Part shown: positions 14,640 through 28,100 of the stretch, one piece after another
Layout: each line of letters begins with the position of its first letter
Position numbering within the stretch: the stretch's first letter is position 1
Source: the human T2T-CHM13v2.0 reference genome, Homo sapiens
Direction: 5' to 3'
Length of the DNA: 64,000 nt
Assembly (NCBI GenBank): GCA_009914755.4
Contig: CP068257.2
Coordinates: forward strand, 13,824,001 to 13,888,000
Notes under the pieces: model-generated
The model's database searches: none
What the model was told of the DNA's origin: nothing
Seen by the model: only the letters and a program-made list of their open reading frames with translations
Program-made: the position numbers and the translations under genes

Positions 14640-14940
14640 AAACCACAGCTTGTGCACGATAGCACTGTGCTTGTATCAAGTGACCTCAGAGCTTTCCTGC
14701 ATAGAATCCTTCCCCAATGCTCTTAATTTTCTGCGCTTGCAGGCAGGCCTTAGGCATCTTTCTGACCATCCTCGCGTATCCCAGAGTGGGCCTCGGTCTT
14801 TGCAGAGGTGTACCACCGCCCTCTGCTGGACAGATTGCAGCAAGTAGCCTCAGAGTCCCTTCTCAAGTGTGGGTTTCCTGCCCCGCCTCTCCTACACCAT
14901 CAGACCTGAGTGGACATGTACAGTCTTCACAAAGGGTTAG
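14640..14940. other. isolated GC-rich (~55% GC), CpG-containing patch in an AT-rich background
   Basis: '…cacgatagc…ctgcgcttgcaggcaggcc…cctcgcgtatcccagagtgggcctcggtc…ccaccgccctctgctgg…ctgccccgcctctcc…'. It lies between a 'ttttattttag|g' acceptor-like site (14570-14581) and AT-rich flanks. ORFs 14650..14847 and 14717..14944 are unconvincing. Confidence 0.3.
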
Positions 14941-17900
14941 GTGAAATTGATAATTTTAGAGGTTTGGGTATTTTACTAAAGATGCTTTGAGTAACATGAT
15001 AAACAAGCATCTGACTTTTTAACTTGGGATTTTCAATGATACTCATTACAAACTGACTAGCATTCACATTTTGGAACACTCATTCCTTTTGACTGATTCA
15101 GCACACTTCGCCAGGTATTCTCCAATCAGAGAACTATTTTTATCTCACATGAATTAGAAGAGATGGTTCCTAACAGATAAAGATGATATTCCAATGAGAT
15201 AAACCTTCTCCTTCTGAGTTAATTAGACATTGACTGGTAGGCTGTATTCTCAATCATTTTGCCATCAAATATTTTTTGAAAACCTACTACACACCCAGAA
15301 ATCTTTTAAGTGTCAGGGATATAGCAAGAAATACAATACTTTAAAAAGATATATGCCAGTCACCTTGTATCTATTTCTGACCTGCTGAAATATAAGTTCT
15401 AATGGGAATACAACTAGAGTGACCAACCGTCTTGGTTTTCTCAGGATTCACAGGCTTCCTAGGATGCGATATTTTCAGTGCCAAAACAAGTACCAGGAAA
15501 ATTGAAGGAGTTGGTTATGGTAAATACATCTCTACCATAAAAGATTGTAAACTACACTAGCATTTATTGAAAAATAGCCTTTCAATAGTGTTAGGTTCAT
15601 CCTTAATACTATTCCTCTGAATAGTTTCTTCTCATTAAAAATGTGTTGCAATTTATAAATTACATAAAAATTAGTCTATTGAATTGTTGTTTGCAGAGCA
15701 TTTTCTTATATACAAAAGAGCTGAGCAAACCTAAAATCATAAATTCAAATTTGCTCTGTGAAAGCCAAGCAAAGTAAATACCGGAAAAGCCAACCTCAAT
15801 CTTGTAAGATGCAGAAAGAGCTTAGATTACCTATGCAGAGACACTTTAGAACAAAAGGGGAAATTAAAACCAGGAAAAGGTATTTATTAATGAAATCCCT
15901 GAGAAAGACAAACTATCAATCAGGTGATAACAAACGATAAAAGCTTAAAACTGGAAGATCCTAAAATTCACCCATTTTCTATCCAAACAAAACATTTTCT
16001 CCAGGATTTTGATGTTATTTATTAAAGCTTGAATACATCTTCTGACATATTATTCCAAAAAAAATTAGTCTTTATTTCTCACCAATAATTGTTTCCCATA
16101 TTTTATTTAAATATGATCCTCTTAATTTTCTTAATTTTGCTTTAGATAATTTTTTAAAAAATATATAACTTCATATATCCATGTGTCGTTAGAACTAAAA
16201 CTAAAATTCAATATTATTTTCTGCTTGACATCTGCTAAGAATGGAGGGTCTCAAATGGTCTAACTGCAAGTTCCCCTCCTCACTTTGCTTGTGAGAATAA
16301 AGCTCCCTAACTGAATAACTCTCCTTAGTGAGGTGACCAGGCACAATTTCTGCCTATTACTGGGGAGTAGGTTTCAGTTCCCAGCTAGCCTATGGATTTA
16401 TTCAAACAAGCCAATCACGTCGTCTTGTGGGAACCAGGACATCATGCCCTCTTGATACTACAAAGCCTGCTCCCACAGCCCCTGGTTGTTCACTCTGTTC
16501 CTGGTGATATACTCCCTGGCATGCAGTGTCCTCCTCTCCTGGGCTGTGAGTATATGTGACTAATAAATTGCTGTCTATCCCATCTGTCCAGCACCAGGTA
16601 TTGTGTATATGGCCATCACCTTAGCCCTAGCGTGGAAATCCCTTCCTCACTAATGGGGTAAAGAGGAGTCCATTAAAACAACCCATACCTATGATATCTT
16701 ATACAATGCTACACAATTCTCCTCAGTCTTCTATTTTCCAGTGGTTTCCACTCTTATCCTGCAAAATCACTGCTGAGGTGAAGCTAGAAAATCATTGAAG
16801 TATAACAAGACATTGAAATAGGCATACTTTTTGATTGAGTGCAAATGAGGCTCTTATAATCACTGTTGAGAGATGAGTAAACTCAAAGCTTTTAAGAAGC
16901 TAGTTGCTTCATAAGAACTATAAGTGACGATTGGGGGGACTAGTATTCAGAAATTTTTGTAGACAAAGAAAAGTTGAAGGAAAAATATGCATTTGTTTAG
17001 CAAAGATTCTATTTTTTAAAAATCCAGTTCTAAATTTTATATGCTAAATGAGAAGCTGCTGTGTATGTTCACAAATCTACAGATAATTTCCTTCTCTGTT
17101 TTTATAAATGGTTTAATTCTTCTTTCAAACCTAAACTTATATGCCAGAAGTTGTAAGAACAACAAAAAAAAGCGACCATCCGAGTTTTAATACCTTACTT
17201 TGCTCCTACTCCCTGTGAAATAAAGAAATTGATAAGCAATGGACTGGTTACAGGTGGACATTAAGAATTATTCATAGAAAGTTAGCAGTGGAAAGGACAT
17301 GAGGAACTCCCCAGCCCAACCATCCAGCTCTCACTGAATTAATGGATGTGAAAATGAGGTTCAGTAAATTGTCTGTGTGTCAGATGTCAGTGTCAGGCTC
17401 TCTAATTCTCAGCCCATTTCTTTTTCAGCACCCTTTGCCCCTCCCCCCACTTAAAATTAATTGAAAATTGACTAAAGAGCTTGGCCAGGTTCCTAATGTG
17501 GTAGCTTAGCATATTCACTGAATTGCAATGTAATGCATTAAGAAAGTCGTTCCTTTCTTACCCTGGTTCAGACACATTTCTCTGAGAATCTGAAGGACCA
17601 ATACAAGATATGCCAATTAGAGAGTTCAGAATTTATGACGTCCATGGATTAACTAATCAATAATGCTACTTGGTATATTTCAAATTTAACAGAATTTGAA
17701 ATGGCCTATGGTTACATATCAAGGAGGCATAATTATACAACATATCAAACATCTGTAGGATCAGCCCAGACTAGAACTTACCTATGCATATTTCCTGCAT
17801 GCATGTGACAGTGTACACTACAAAGAATAAAGTCACCCAGTGGAAGCAAGAAGTACAAATCCAAACTGAACTGAAAATAGAGCTCTAGGAAGCCTCAGAA

Positions 17901-18026
17901 GCAAGAAGCTATTGCACAAGATGGATCCTTGGTTGAGAAGGGGATTCTTTGCAAGGTTAGACTAGATGAGACCAACCAGCTCAAATAAGTTGAATTAAAG
18001 GATAGACCAAATAGCTAGGAGAACTT

Positions 18027-18185
18027 ACACACACATGCACACACACACATGCACACATGCATGCGTGCACACACACAGGCACACGTGCATGCATGCACAC
18101 ACACGCACACACATGCACACACCCATGTGCACACACACACGCACACATACACAAGTACACACACGCATGTGCGCACGCACACACA
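18027..18185. repeat. complex imperfect microsatellite (CA)n/(CACATG/CACGTG)n
   Basis: 'acacacacatgcacacacacacatgcacacatgcatgcgtgcacacacacaggcacacgtgcatgcatgcacacacacgcacacacatgcacac…'. It generates the artefactual ORFs 17981..18184(-) and 18049..18360(+) (HTHTHAHTH…). Confidence 0.95.
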
Positions 18186-18322
18186 TTCTTTTTTAGAAAT
18201 TACGCAACTCAGAAATGCATCTCTAAATTATAGGGAGAAGAGAGGAAAAAAATACAGGTTTTGTGTATCCTGGCATCTCCAGAAAATATTGAAAAATGAA
18301 GACAGAAGTTCAGTTATTTTTT

Positions 18323-18459
18323 ATCATATAGATGTTTTCCTTTTTCGAATTCCACATTAGGTTATGAAATTCTACTCTTCGGGATTAGAAGAGTAGAATC
18401 ATATAGATGTTTTCCCTTTTTGAATTCCACATTAGGTTATGAAATTCTACTCTTTGGGA
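18323..18459. repeat. ~66-bp tandem duplication (2 copies) separated by a 13-bp inverted spacer, creating a perfect 12-bp hairpin
   Basis: Copy 1 is 'atcatatagatgttttcctttttcgaattccacattaggttatgaaattctactcttcggga'. Copy 2 is 'atcatatagatgttttccctttttgaattccacattaggttatgaaattctactctttggga'. The junction 'attctactcttc gggatta gaagagtagaat' (18369-18399) is a perfect inverted repeat. Confidence 0.9.
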
Positions 18460-20744
18460 AAATTGCAAAATAAAATGAGAGTAATTTCATGGACCTTCAA
18501 CCGTGATGAAATTCTTACCTTGAAAAGCTAAGAACAGTAAAGTAAATGATTGAGCAGGTAGGGCCTCCACAAGTGGAAGACTTTCCCAGCCAAATATCAG
18601 CAACAGCCAAAAAGACTAGGCCATTTCCAAAAAACTAACTCAACAATTAATAGTGATTTATTACTCAGGAACCTGACATTAATTAAAGCAAATTTAGCAG
18701 TATCCTTATCACTTGAAGTTGATGTTATTGCAGTTGGCTGGAAAGAGAGTACAAATTACTTCGGCAAGGCTGCCAGTCACTCACATCCTCCTAAAATGCC
18801 TTTCTACCCCAGCGGAAAGCTTTCTGGAACTCTCGAACCCCTAAATTAAATTATGTTGGAGGGACCCTAGCCTGAATGTTCTCTTAATCTTGGCCATCTG
18901 CACTTACTCAAATGTATGACTTTGCTCTTTTAACAACTCCAAAGAAAATGTATGATTAAAAGAAAAAGACAAATGGCCAGAAAAAAGATTTGAAGGTAAA
19001 AATTTACTTGGATTGTATAGTTTGATTTGCAAGAATACCAGACTTGGTTTAATAATTACTGGATAGTAATTATAGACACAAATATGTAATAGGTAATATT
19101 TAATTAATGTGTTGTAAGATGATAATCTGATAAATTCACTGAGTTCATTTCATTTGCTTTTGTGACAAACATAAATCCTAATTCACAACTCTGGGATACT
19201 TAAATAGTCCAAAATGCAAAACTAACAAGAACGAGACAATATTAAGTTCCTTTATATACATTTTCTAATTACCACAAATATTGACCTCTGACTTCAGCCT
19301 ATATTCAAAATGAGACGCCAACATCTTAAAAGCTTAATATGTCTATCAGATGTCACAATTATACTTTAAATATTTTGGTGCTAAATATTTAAATATTTGG
19401 TTTTCTAATTATTCTTTAAATCATTGGTGCAAAATAGAAAACAGAGTACTCAATTTCAACATATCTTTTTTCCCCCAAATTATCTGAATTAATCATTTGG
19501 ATAATATCAGATCCAATTGATAGTCTCATTAGATGGCATCACTGAAGAAGTGACTCTGTCGCAGCTAGGAAGACCCCATTGCCAATCACCTTGCAAGTAG
19601 CAGTCACTGTAATTCCATACGGTTCCTGAGACAGTGTGAATGAAAATGAACATGCATTGCGCTTCTTCTATTTTGTCCTCCCAGGGATTAATATATTTTA
19701 CTGGTTCTTACAATATCCTTATAAGTTAGGTACTACTCTTTTCCCAAAGCTTACAAATAATTCAATGAAGGCATAAAAAGCTTAAATAACCTATAAACAA
19801 TCATACTACTCCAAAGGAATGAAGCTGAGATTTAAGCCTAGATATATTATCTATTGCTGCATAACAGATTCTTCCAAAACTTAGTGGCTTAACACAATAG
19901 CATTTACTATTTCACAATTCCTTGTAGCTTCTCTGGGTCCTCTGGCTCTGAGTTGCTTACTAGGAGAAAATCACAGACACCCCAGTGCTCTATTGAGAGT
20001 GGATCCGCTTCCAAGCCCATATAGTTGTTGGCAGGATTCTGTTCCTCGCTGGCTATTGGAGTGAAGGCCTCAATTCCTTGCAGGCTGTTGCCTGGAGGCT
20101 GCCCTTGTGCGCTCTCCATGGGGTGGCTCAGAACATGGCAGCTGGCTTCCAGAATGAGCCAACAAGACAGCCCCAGAATGTGAGCAAAATAGAAGTCACT
20201 GACTTTTACAACCTCATCTTGAAGTGGCATCGCTTAGAAGCAAGTTATTAACTCCAACTCACACTCAGTGGGAAGAAATCAAACAAAGATGTGAATATCA
20301 GGAAACAGAGCTCATTGGAAGCCATCTTAGGAACTACCACACCAAGAATTTTTTTTGTTTTTTAAAAATTAAAAAAAAATTAACTAAAGCCTTATGATGA
20401 CATCACTTACAAGTCTGTGCTGATGGTATATCTCTACATTCTAATGAGTTTGTAAAACCCTCATTACTAATCATGTATATATGGCATTTCTACAATTTTA
20501 TTTGTTTTTTAACAACTACGTAAGCATAAGCCTGAATTACAACATAGTGTAATAGTAAACAATTCAAAAGTGAATTCTAACTTGCTACTACTTCTTGTCA
20601 TTTTGACCTTTAAAAGCATCAGATCTTGTAGATTATCTATAAAATGTAAAAAGTGTTAAATATTTTTTGATATTATATATAAACTATGTAAAAAACAACA
20701 ATTTAGATGCAAGAAATTTTTGTGAAATTGACATAGAACATACC

Positions 20745-20790
20745 AAATAAAATAAAAAAATAAAATAAAATAAAATAAAATGGGCATGGC
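20745..20790. repeat. (AAAAT)n / A-rich simple repeat
   Basis: 'aaataaaataaaaaaataaaataaaataaaataaaatggg'. Confidence 0.85.
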
Positions 20791-23700
20791 AATCAAATCT
20801 TCACCCTCTGCATTTAGATGGACTGGTAAACACAAATTCAAATACAGTTGAGTCTTACTCTACTTTATAAGATAGTGAAGGAATTTCACTATCATATTAA
20901 AGTATATTCATATAACCAGTTATATAAATCTAAATAGAAAACCAATCTTCTCTAGTTATGAGATGGCAATCAGCAGGTTTGTGAAAAGTTGGACCTAACT
21001 AATCCAGGTTAGCCTCAATTCCAATTATGCCTTTAGAAGAGGAAATTGTGATAATATTTGCTGGACCTGAATTACTATCAAAATTCAAAAAGTATGATCA
21101 CATTCATTTAACGACCAGCCAATTTTATTTAAATCAGGACTGTTCAACAAGAATATTCTATCAGCCATTAATGATCTGAATTCTGGTTTATCAGATTAAT
21201 TGAAATATAGCACCTGCTTTTAAACAGTTATCAGGCATTTGTCTTTTGTAATAAGTAAAGCAGTGGCTTACTATTATTCATTAGTCGGTTTTTTTGTTTG
21301 TTTGTTTGTTTTGAGATCTGCTATCAAGTTTGCACTCTCTCCCTTATAAGTTCAAGCTGAAAAGTTCTGTAGTCCCCATGACCATCCTCACTTCTGATAC
21401 CAACTGCAAATTCAGGAAACTCCAAGATTATGCATGTACTTGCTAGTTTGATAGAGGTATTCACAGAAACTCAGAAAAGTCATTATATTCACTTATATTC
21501 ACAGTTGTACGTTATGACAGCAAAAGAATACAGATTAAAATTAATAGAAGGAAGAGTCACATAAGGCAGATCTGGGAGACAACAAAACATGCAACTTGTA
21601 GTTGTCCTCGCCCAGTGAAGTGGTGCAGACTGTGCCTATTTCTCCCAGAAAGGATGAGTGACAGTACACATGGAGTCTCACCAACTAGAGATGCTCACCT
21701 AAGTTTTAGTGTCCTGAGTTTTATGGGGGATTGGTCACATTGACATGACTTACCACACGGCTGATCATAGTCTCCAGTCCCTCCAGAGGTCAAAACGATA
21801 ACATGTTGCCCAAGAATAAATAACATGTTGTTCCATTGTTAGCACAGACAATCTGGTGTGGCCCAAGGCCTCCCGGAAAACAAAGAAACTCATATAGGGC
21901 AAGGACATTCCAAGGTCTTAGAGATTTACCTCCCAGGAGCCCAGGGAAAAGGCCAAATCTTTCTTTGGACAAAATTAATTCTTTACTGCACACCAGCGAA
22001 GATCATTTTTGTTCCAAGGATGTGTCTTTTTGGACACATCAAATATTCTATCAGTGTTCTCAGGCACTACCTTTGTTCTTGTTGGCATCTGTGTAAGAGA
22101 ATCCAGGGCCTGAACCATTGTCCACTCAAACAGACCATACACACCTGGTCCAGTTTTGTGCATGCCTCCCTTTTCCACAGTGTGCCACTTGCTATAGTTC
22201 TGAACAAAAACTCCCTTGCCCTTCGGAGCTTTATTTATTTTTAATTTGCTCTGTCATTGCATTGCATGCAATAGAAGCTTCCTGGTGGAAGCTCAATGTT
22301 CTGCTCAGTCCCAGACACGTTTTCAGCCACTGTATCATTGCCTTAGGTTGTGGTTTCCCCAAAGCAGCACCGGAGGTAAGGGCTTGTGTGCAGGAGTTCA
22401 CTTGGGAGGTGGCTCTAGGAAATAGAAGCGAGTTTCCAGGAAGTGTGGGATGAATACGGGGATGGGGTGGGGGGCGGGGAGGAATCCAATATGAATATAT
22501 AATCTCATATTGAGTATAAAAATCCAATATGAGTATGTTTTCCAGACTGCTGCTAAGGAGAATGGTGAATTATTCTACTGCGACCTTTTGAGGGTCCACA
22601 CAATGCCTCCCAAAACTATCTACCAGAGGGTGGATAGGAAGCATTGATCCATGGCTTATATTCCCCATTGGTCAAACATTGTTCTGCTGAAGCTCACTCT
22701 GGCCACAGTCTTTGGCATCAAAAGAGAACTAGGGCAGAAGTCAAAGACATGGCTGTCAGAAAACTGGAGAGTGCACTGGAACTGTCTACTCCAGGTGTGG
22801 CTGGAGCCAGAGAAGTGACCTCAGCCATGTCTGCTGCAACTATATTACCTATGCCAGTTGTTTACAAACGCAGAAGAATATCAGAATCATCTGGAGAACT
22901 ATTAAAGAACACAGATGCCCTGAATTGTAGAAGAGGGATAGGATATGGGCCTTTGTATTCTTACCAAGCTCCCTGGGTGATTCTGATACTTATACTAGTG
23001 TTTGAGTACCACTAATTGATACTCCATGCAGACCCTAGAAGGACAAGGCAGGCTCAACAGGAAGTAATTTGACATGAATTTTGTTGCTGTTAACCTGAAC
23101 TCATGGTAGGTCTAGAGTGGGATACAGGCTGCCCCATGCCAATTCTGCCATGGACTTTACCATCCCCAGTTGTGTTGGTTCGGTCCACGTAATTGTTGTT
23201 GCTGCCTGCTCAGCTAGCACCTTGACACCCTACCTTGCTCTTGCCAACTCACTCCCTCAAAGAAAAGGAAAAGAACACTTAATCTGTTAAAGATATTTAA
23301 TGAACACCTGCTATAAACTAGCCAATTTGATACACGTTTTACAAACATGATTTCATTTGATGCTCACGACAAATCTGTGAAGTAGGCAGTGTTATTCAGA
23401 TTTTTCAGATGAGAGATCTGAATCTCAGAGAGACCTGAAGCCCTGTATCTCTTGCGGCCTGGATTAGAAAACAGATGTTTTGGCCTACATAACTGCAAAG
23501 TCTTCTCCATTCTTGTCTTTAGAGACAAGGTGTAACCACCACCTGCATTAGCTTTACCAGAGCATTTCTCTGTTCTCCTAAACTTTGAAAAGGCAGATAC
23601 CTACCTAGCGAACATCTTATTTTGTAGCTGTCAAACCAGTCTCCAAGTATTAAAACAGTATCTGATCACACTTTGGCTGAATAGGTTTATTTAATGGGAA

Positions 23701-23864
23701 ATTTAATGGGAAAGGCATTTATTGAGCACTTACTAGATGCCAAGCCCAGTGTTAAGTGCTTTGTATACAACATCTCTTTCCTTTACTGTTCATAGAAACA
23801 GGGCATCATCAGCTTCTTCTTGACCTCACAGAAGAATATATTTATCTGCCTGTAACAAATATGC

Positions 23865-24200
<336 letters not shown>

Positions 24201-25914
24201 TTAGCAGCTTGGTTACTCAGAAAATAGATCCTCACAGATCATGAAGGTGATAAGATGCGGCAAATTTTATTCAGATATCTTGCTGGTTTTATTAGATCTG
24301 CTTAAATATTTTTGGAGCCTGGAATAAGACAGCGGTTATTTTTGAAGTTTGAAAATTATGACTGAACTTCACTTGTTTATTATTCATAGATTTTTGAGAG
24401 AATTTTTAATTATAAGTATAAATGTGTTTTAAAATGTTAAGAAGGATTTCAAATATATCTAAATGTTTAATGGCAGTTTAGCCCCTATCTTCTAATGTTT
24501 ATTTTCATTCCATATATTCTATCAATAATTGATTCTTTCTCATTTTCCATTAGCTTTTATTAGCAAAGAGCAACCTTATAAGCACAATATAGCACATCTA
24601 CATTTAGTGCTTCTTGTCCCCAAAATGGCAATTCCATTCGCCTCAGCACTCATATGTCCATACTAAGTTGCTAATCTTTTTCAAAGCTGCTCCAGACAGC
24701 TTCAAGGCAAATATACTTAGTGTATTACTTTGTATTCTTTGAACAGACAGCAACATAGTTTTTGACAGCTTATTTTCAACAGATAAGCATGAAGACATTG
24801 TAAAACAGTCTAAAGGCATTTAGACTGGTGTTAATGATTTGTTTTGATTCTTTATTGTCTACAGTGTCTGATGTTTCTGCACCAGCTTCTGCTGCTAAAG
24901 ATAAGATGACATTTGATAGTTCGGTTCATCCTATGAAAAGTTTAATTTAATTACAAAAGGGTCTGATTTGCTAGATTAAAAGGTCAAGTATTATAAAATT
25001 CATTTTTGGTGCAGAGATTTGAGAAAGCTGCACAGTGCAAAGTTCAAACAGTCAGAGAAGAGTAAGACACTTTAGAAAATGAGGAAAAATTAAAACTATT
25101 GGCTAATTTCATTGGAGAAGGAGAGACTAGAGACACATTCTTGTATATACAGCAGTTGAACATACCACTTAAAATAATTTGTTGTCAGTATTTTTTTTTT
25201 TAGCCTTTTGAAAGTTTTGCATCAGGGTGATTTGCCAAAAAAGGGGTGGGGGCAAAATTTAGGGAACTACGCTAAAATTGTCTTTGTTTGAAAATAGCAC
25301 GAGACTCTACAGAAGTATTAAGATAAGAATGCTCCTAGACAGCACAGGCAAGGACTTCACCGCCTCTTCCCCTGCTCACCATTTTACCTCAACCACACAA
25401 GCTCTGCTGACTTTTATTGGGGATTAAATGTCTCCAGACTTAAAAAAGAAAAAAAAATGCAATGAAATCCAGATAGCTGTGCTTGCTCTCAGCCCACTGA
25501 AGATGAGAGACAATATAAGCGAACGTTTTAGGGCGACTTCATTTAAGAACATGAAGTGCCTGAGTAATAAGACGGACTGTGCCCATGGTACCAGGGTCAA
25601 CTTGACCAGCTGACTAAAACAGCCTGCAACAGCTAAGTGACTACCTTAAGCCAAAGAATAAAGCTTTACAGAGGTACAGCTGGTTAGAAGTGAGTGTTAA
25701 TAACTGAGTGCATAAAAGAGAGAGGGAAACAGCACAAGTGAGGGAAGCTGATGGACTCACAATTTGACTTCATCCCATAGATCAAACGTTGATCAAACGA
25801 TAAAAGTGGATCAAAAATGACTCAACGATTCCTGGCTAGAGCTGATGAAAAAGGGGCTGCTTCATTGGACAATATGGCATGAGGAATGTGAGGAGCAGCT
25901 GGTATTTCAGTTCC

Positions 25915-26175
25915 ATTAAAAACCCCTCCAGCTTACCGTGGGTATTCAACTTGTGCCGGCGTCGATACTTCCACAGGGGAGTTTTCTCCAGGTGGTGCGA
26001 CAGCACAGGCAGGTTGCGCCGGTGGAACTTGATATTCCCTCACTCATGCCACCCCTACTTTTAAAAGAATCTAATTACAAAATGACTGGAGGAAGGGAAT
26101 GTGTAAATGTCATATACCCGGACCTTCCGTAATACCAATGCCTTGTGAAATCCAAACTGAAAAAGTCGTACAAAT
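25915..26175. other. CpG-dense ~250-bp patch (≈10 CpG; core 25925-26040 has 7 CpG in ~120 bp) inside a CpG-depleted AT-rich desert; candidate exon, conserved element or GC-rich RNA-gene fragment
   Basis: 'ccgtgggtattcaacttgtgccggcgtcgatacttccacaggggagttttctccaggtggtgcgacagcacaggcaggttgcgccggtggaacttgatattccc'. On the minus strand an open frame (…NIKFHRRNLPVLSHHLEKTPLWKYRRRHKLNTH) runs directly into 'cacg|gtaagctgg', a consensus-like 5' splice donor. A TGA lies immediately upstream in that frame. Confidence 0.3.
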
Positions 26176-27949
26176 GGATTTGGACAGAAATGCTGTTGCA
26201 TGGATTGAAAACAGGCTCAAAGACTGTAAACAAGGATAATGACAAATGCCAGTGCAATCAAGGGCCAGTGGATGAGTTTTCCACCAGAAGACAGTGTCCA
26301 GAGATGCCCCATGAGTCAGGATTCGAGTTCATTTTTGGTCACTAGGTGTATTACCTACAAAGGAGTGAAGAGTATATGGACAAAATCACAGCCGACTCTC
26401 AGTGTGAAGGAGGGTAAAATTAATAAAAGGAAAATTACATTGAGTCAAAAGAATGCTAGAAATATAGAAGTGGAAAATCGCCTAAATAGTTACTGATATG
26501 AAAATAACTTGAGAGAGATTCTTCCCAAATTTCAAAGATTTGGAACACACCTGTAGATCAATGTAAACAATCCAGTTTGCCTGCCATTTTATCATCTTTC
26601 AAGTTTTTGATTTATGCTCCAATATTTATTTGAACAAAATAATGATATAACTTATGGCAGTGAATATTCTTAAATTTGAAAATCTCTATAAAAATGATAT
26701 TTATTCATCCCCAACCCTCCCACTTTTGGGACCCAGATTTTTGGATGCAGGTTAATTTGCATGCTGATTTGCCAGCTGAAAATCTCAAAGAGAAAAACTT
26801 GGAAGCACTTGTAGTCAGTCAACTAAAGTAAAATGTAAGCAGAAAAGCTATAATGAAAATACAATTCATAATATTTGCACATGGAACTTATAATGACTGG
26901 TTAACTTTTAATGTGAAGAATAAAAATTTCCTGTCATGATGAAATGAATCAATTAATTACTTATTAATTGTACTTCTATTATGTGGTGAGCACTTTACTA
27001 AAAAGTCGTTTTTTTGTTGTTTTTTTTTTTTTGAGAAAGGGGTTGTACCAAAGTAAAATTAGAAAAATAAAAACAAGGAAAGCACATTTCTTTGTCTCAA
27101 TAAATCATGCTCACAAGTAGATTCTTAGAATTTCAGAGCTAAAAAGGACCTAAAGCTTCATTGATTCTGACCTTTTTTATTTTGGATGAGAACTGGACTC
27201 CACAGGGAAGTGAGGATCCCTGGCTCGCGATGATGTGGCCTGCCAGAGTCCTTATGGGAATGTCTCTCTAGATGCCTCCTCATAGCTGTGTATCCATGAG
27301 ACTCAGTGGAACTTTCACTTCCCATTGGCTTCCATCGGGCCTGTGATCCCACTTCACCTCTGTCCTTCCAGTCATGCTGGGCCTAGCCCAACAGAGCCAC
27401 AGACTACTTTGCCCAGGCATTTATTCTGGAAGCCTGACCAAGCCTGCTGACTGGGCTGGGCTGTAGACTGTAGCGTTCATCAGTGATTTTCTTTGGCCAG
27501 AGTGAGCACCACTCTAAGCAGAGTCTTTCAGAACTTTGGAGCCACTTAATCCTACAGAACTTTTCATTCCTGCCATCATTGGCCTCCACCCAAAATGCAC
27601 ACTGCCATCGTCATCTGGTCTCTTACATCCTCATCCTCATGCTACTCAGTTTCCTCTCCTATGACTCATCCTTCCATTCCTACTCAATTTCCCGGCCAAC
27701 CTCCTGGCTTTTGCTCTCATTGTTCCATCTGCCTGCCCTGACTACATGCTCCACCTGGTGAAAACCCACTGTCCTTTCAAGACTCATCACAATCACCTCT
27801 GCAAAGAAGAACCATCACCTGCCTCCCCCTAGCTGCAGCACCTCATAGAACTGACAATCCCCTCTATTTTTGCATTCCATATAGGGTGTAAAAATGGAGA
27901 CGATTGCCAATTTGTGAGAGGTAGCAGCTATGATATAAATGGTTAAAGA

Positions 27950-28100
27950 ATTTCTTTGCATGTCTGCTGCCACTAGAATCAAATCCCTCTAAGGGCCTAG
28001 ATAGTTCTGTAACCACAGCTGTATCCTCAGTGCCTAGAACAGTATCTTCCAGCACACAGTATGTTCTTACTAAATGTTTCTTAATGAGATAAGCATCTCT
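27950..28100 (+). mobile_element. MIR/L2-type 3' tail fragment
   Basis: '…tgtctgctgccactagaatcaaatccctctaagggcctagatagttctgtaaccacagctgtatcctcagtgcctagaacagtatcttccagcacacagtatgttcttactaaatgtttcttaatgag' parallels …ccactagactgtaagctcc…tgtatccccagcgcctagaacagtgcctggcacatagtaggtgctcaataaatgtttgttgaatgaatg. Confidence 0.5.

Noticed and set aside
17981-18360. ORFs 17981..18184(-) and 18049..18360(+) with HTHTHAHTH… and CVCACVCA… peptides, and similar ORFs at 2170..2352, 3078..3260 and 49447..49707
   Set aside because: They are read-through of CA/GT/TA microsatellites, giving purely compositional peptides.
22850-23010. Segment with the '…catctggagaact.ttaaagaacacagatgccc…ttcttaccaagctccctgggtgattctgatact…tttgagtaccactaat' motif, considered for annotation as a specific DNA-transposon/MER family
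   Set aside because: The motif is shared by several ancient mammalian repeat families. I cannot assign the family or boundaries confidently from memory, so it is not listed as a feature.
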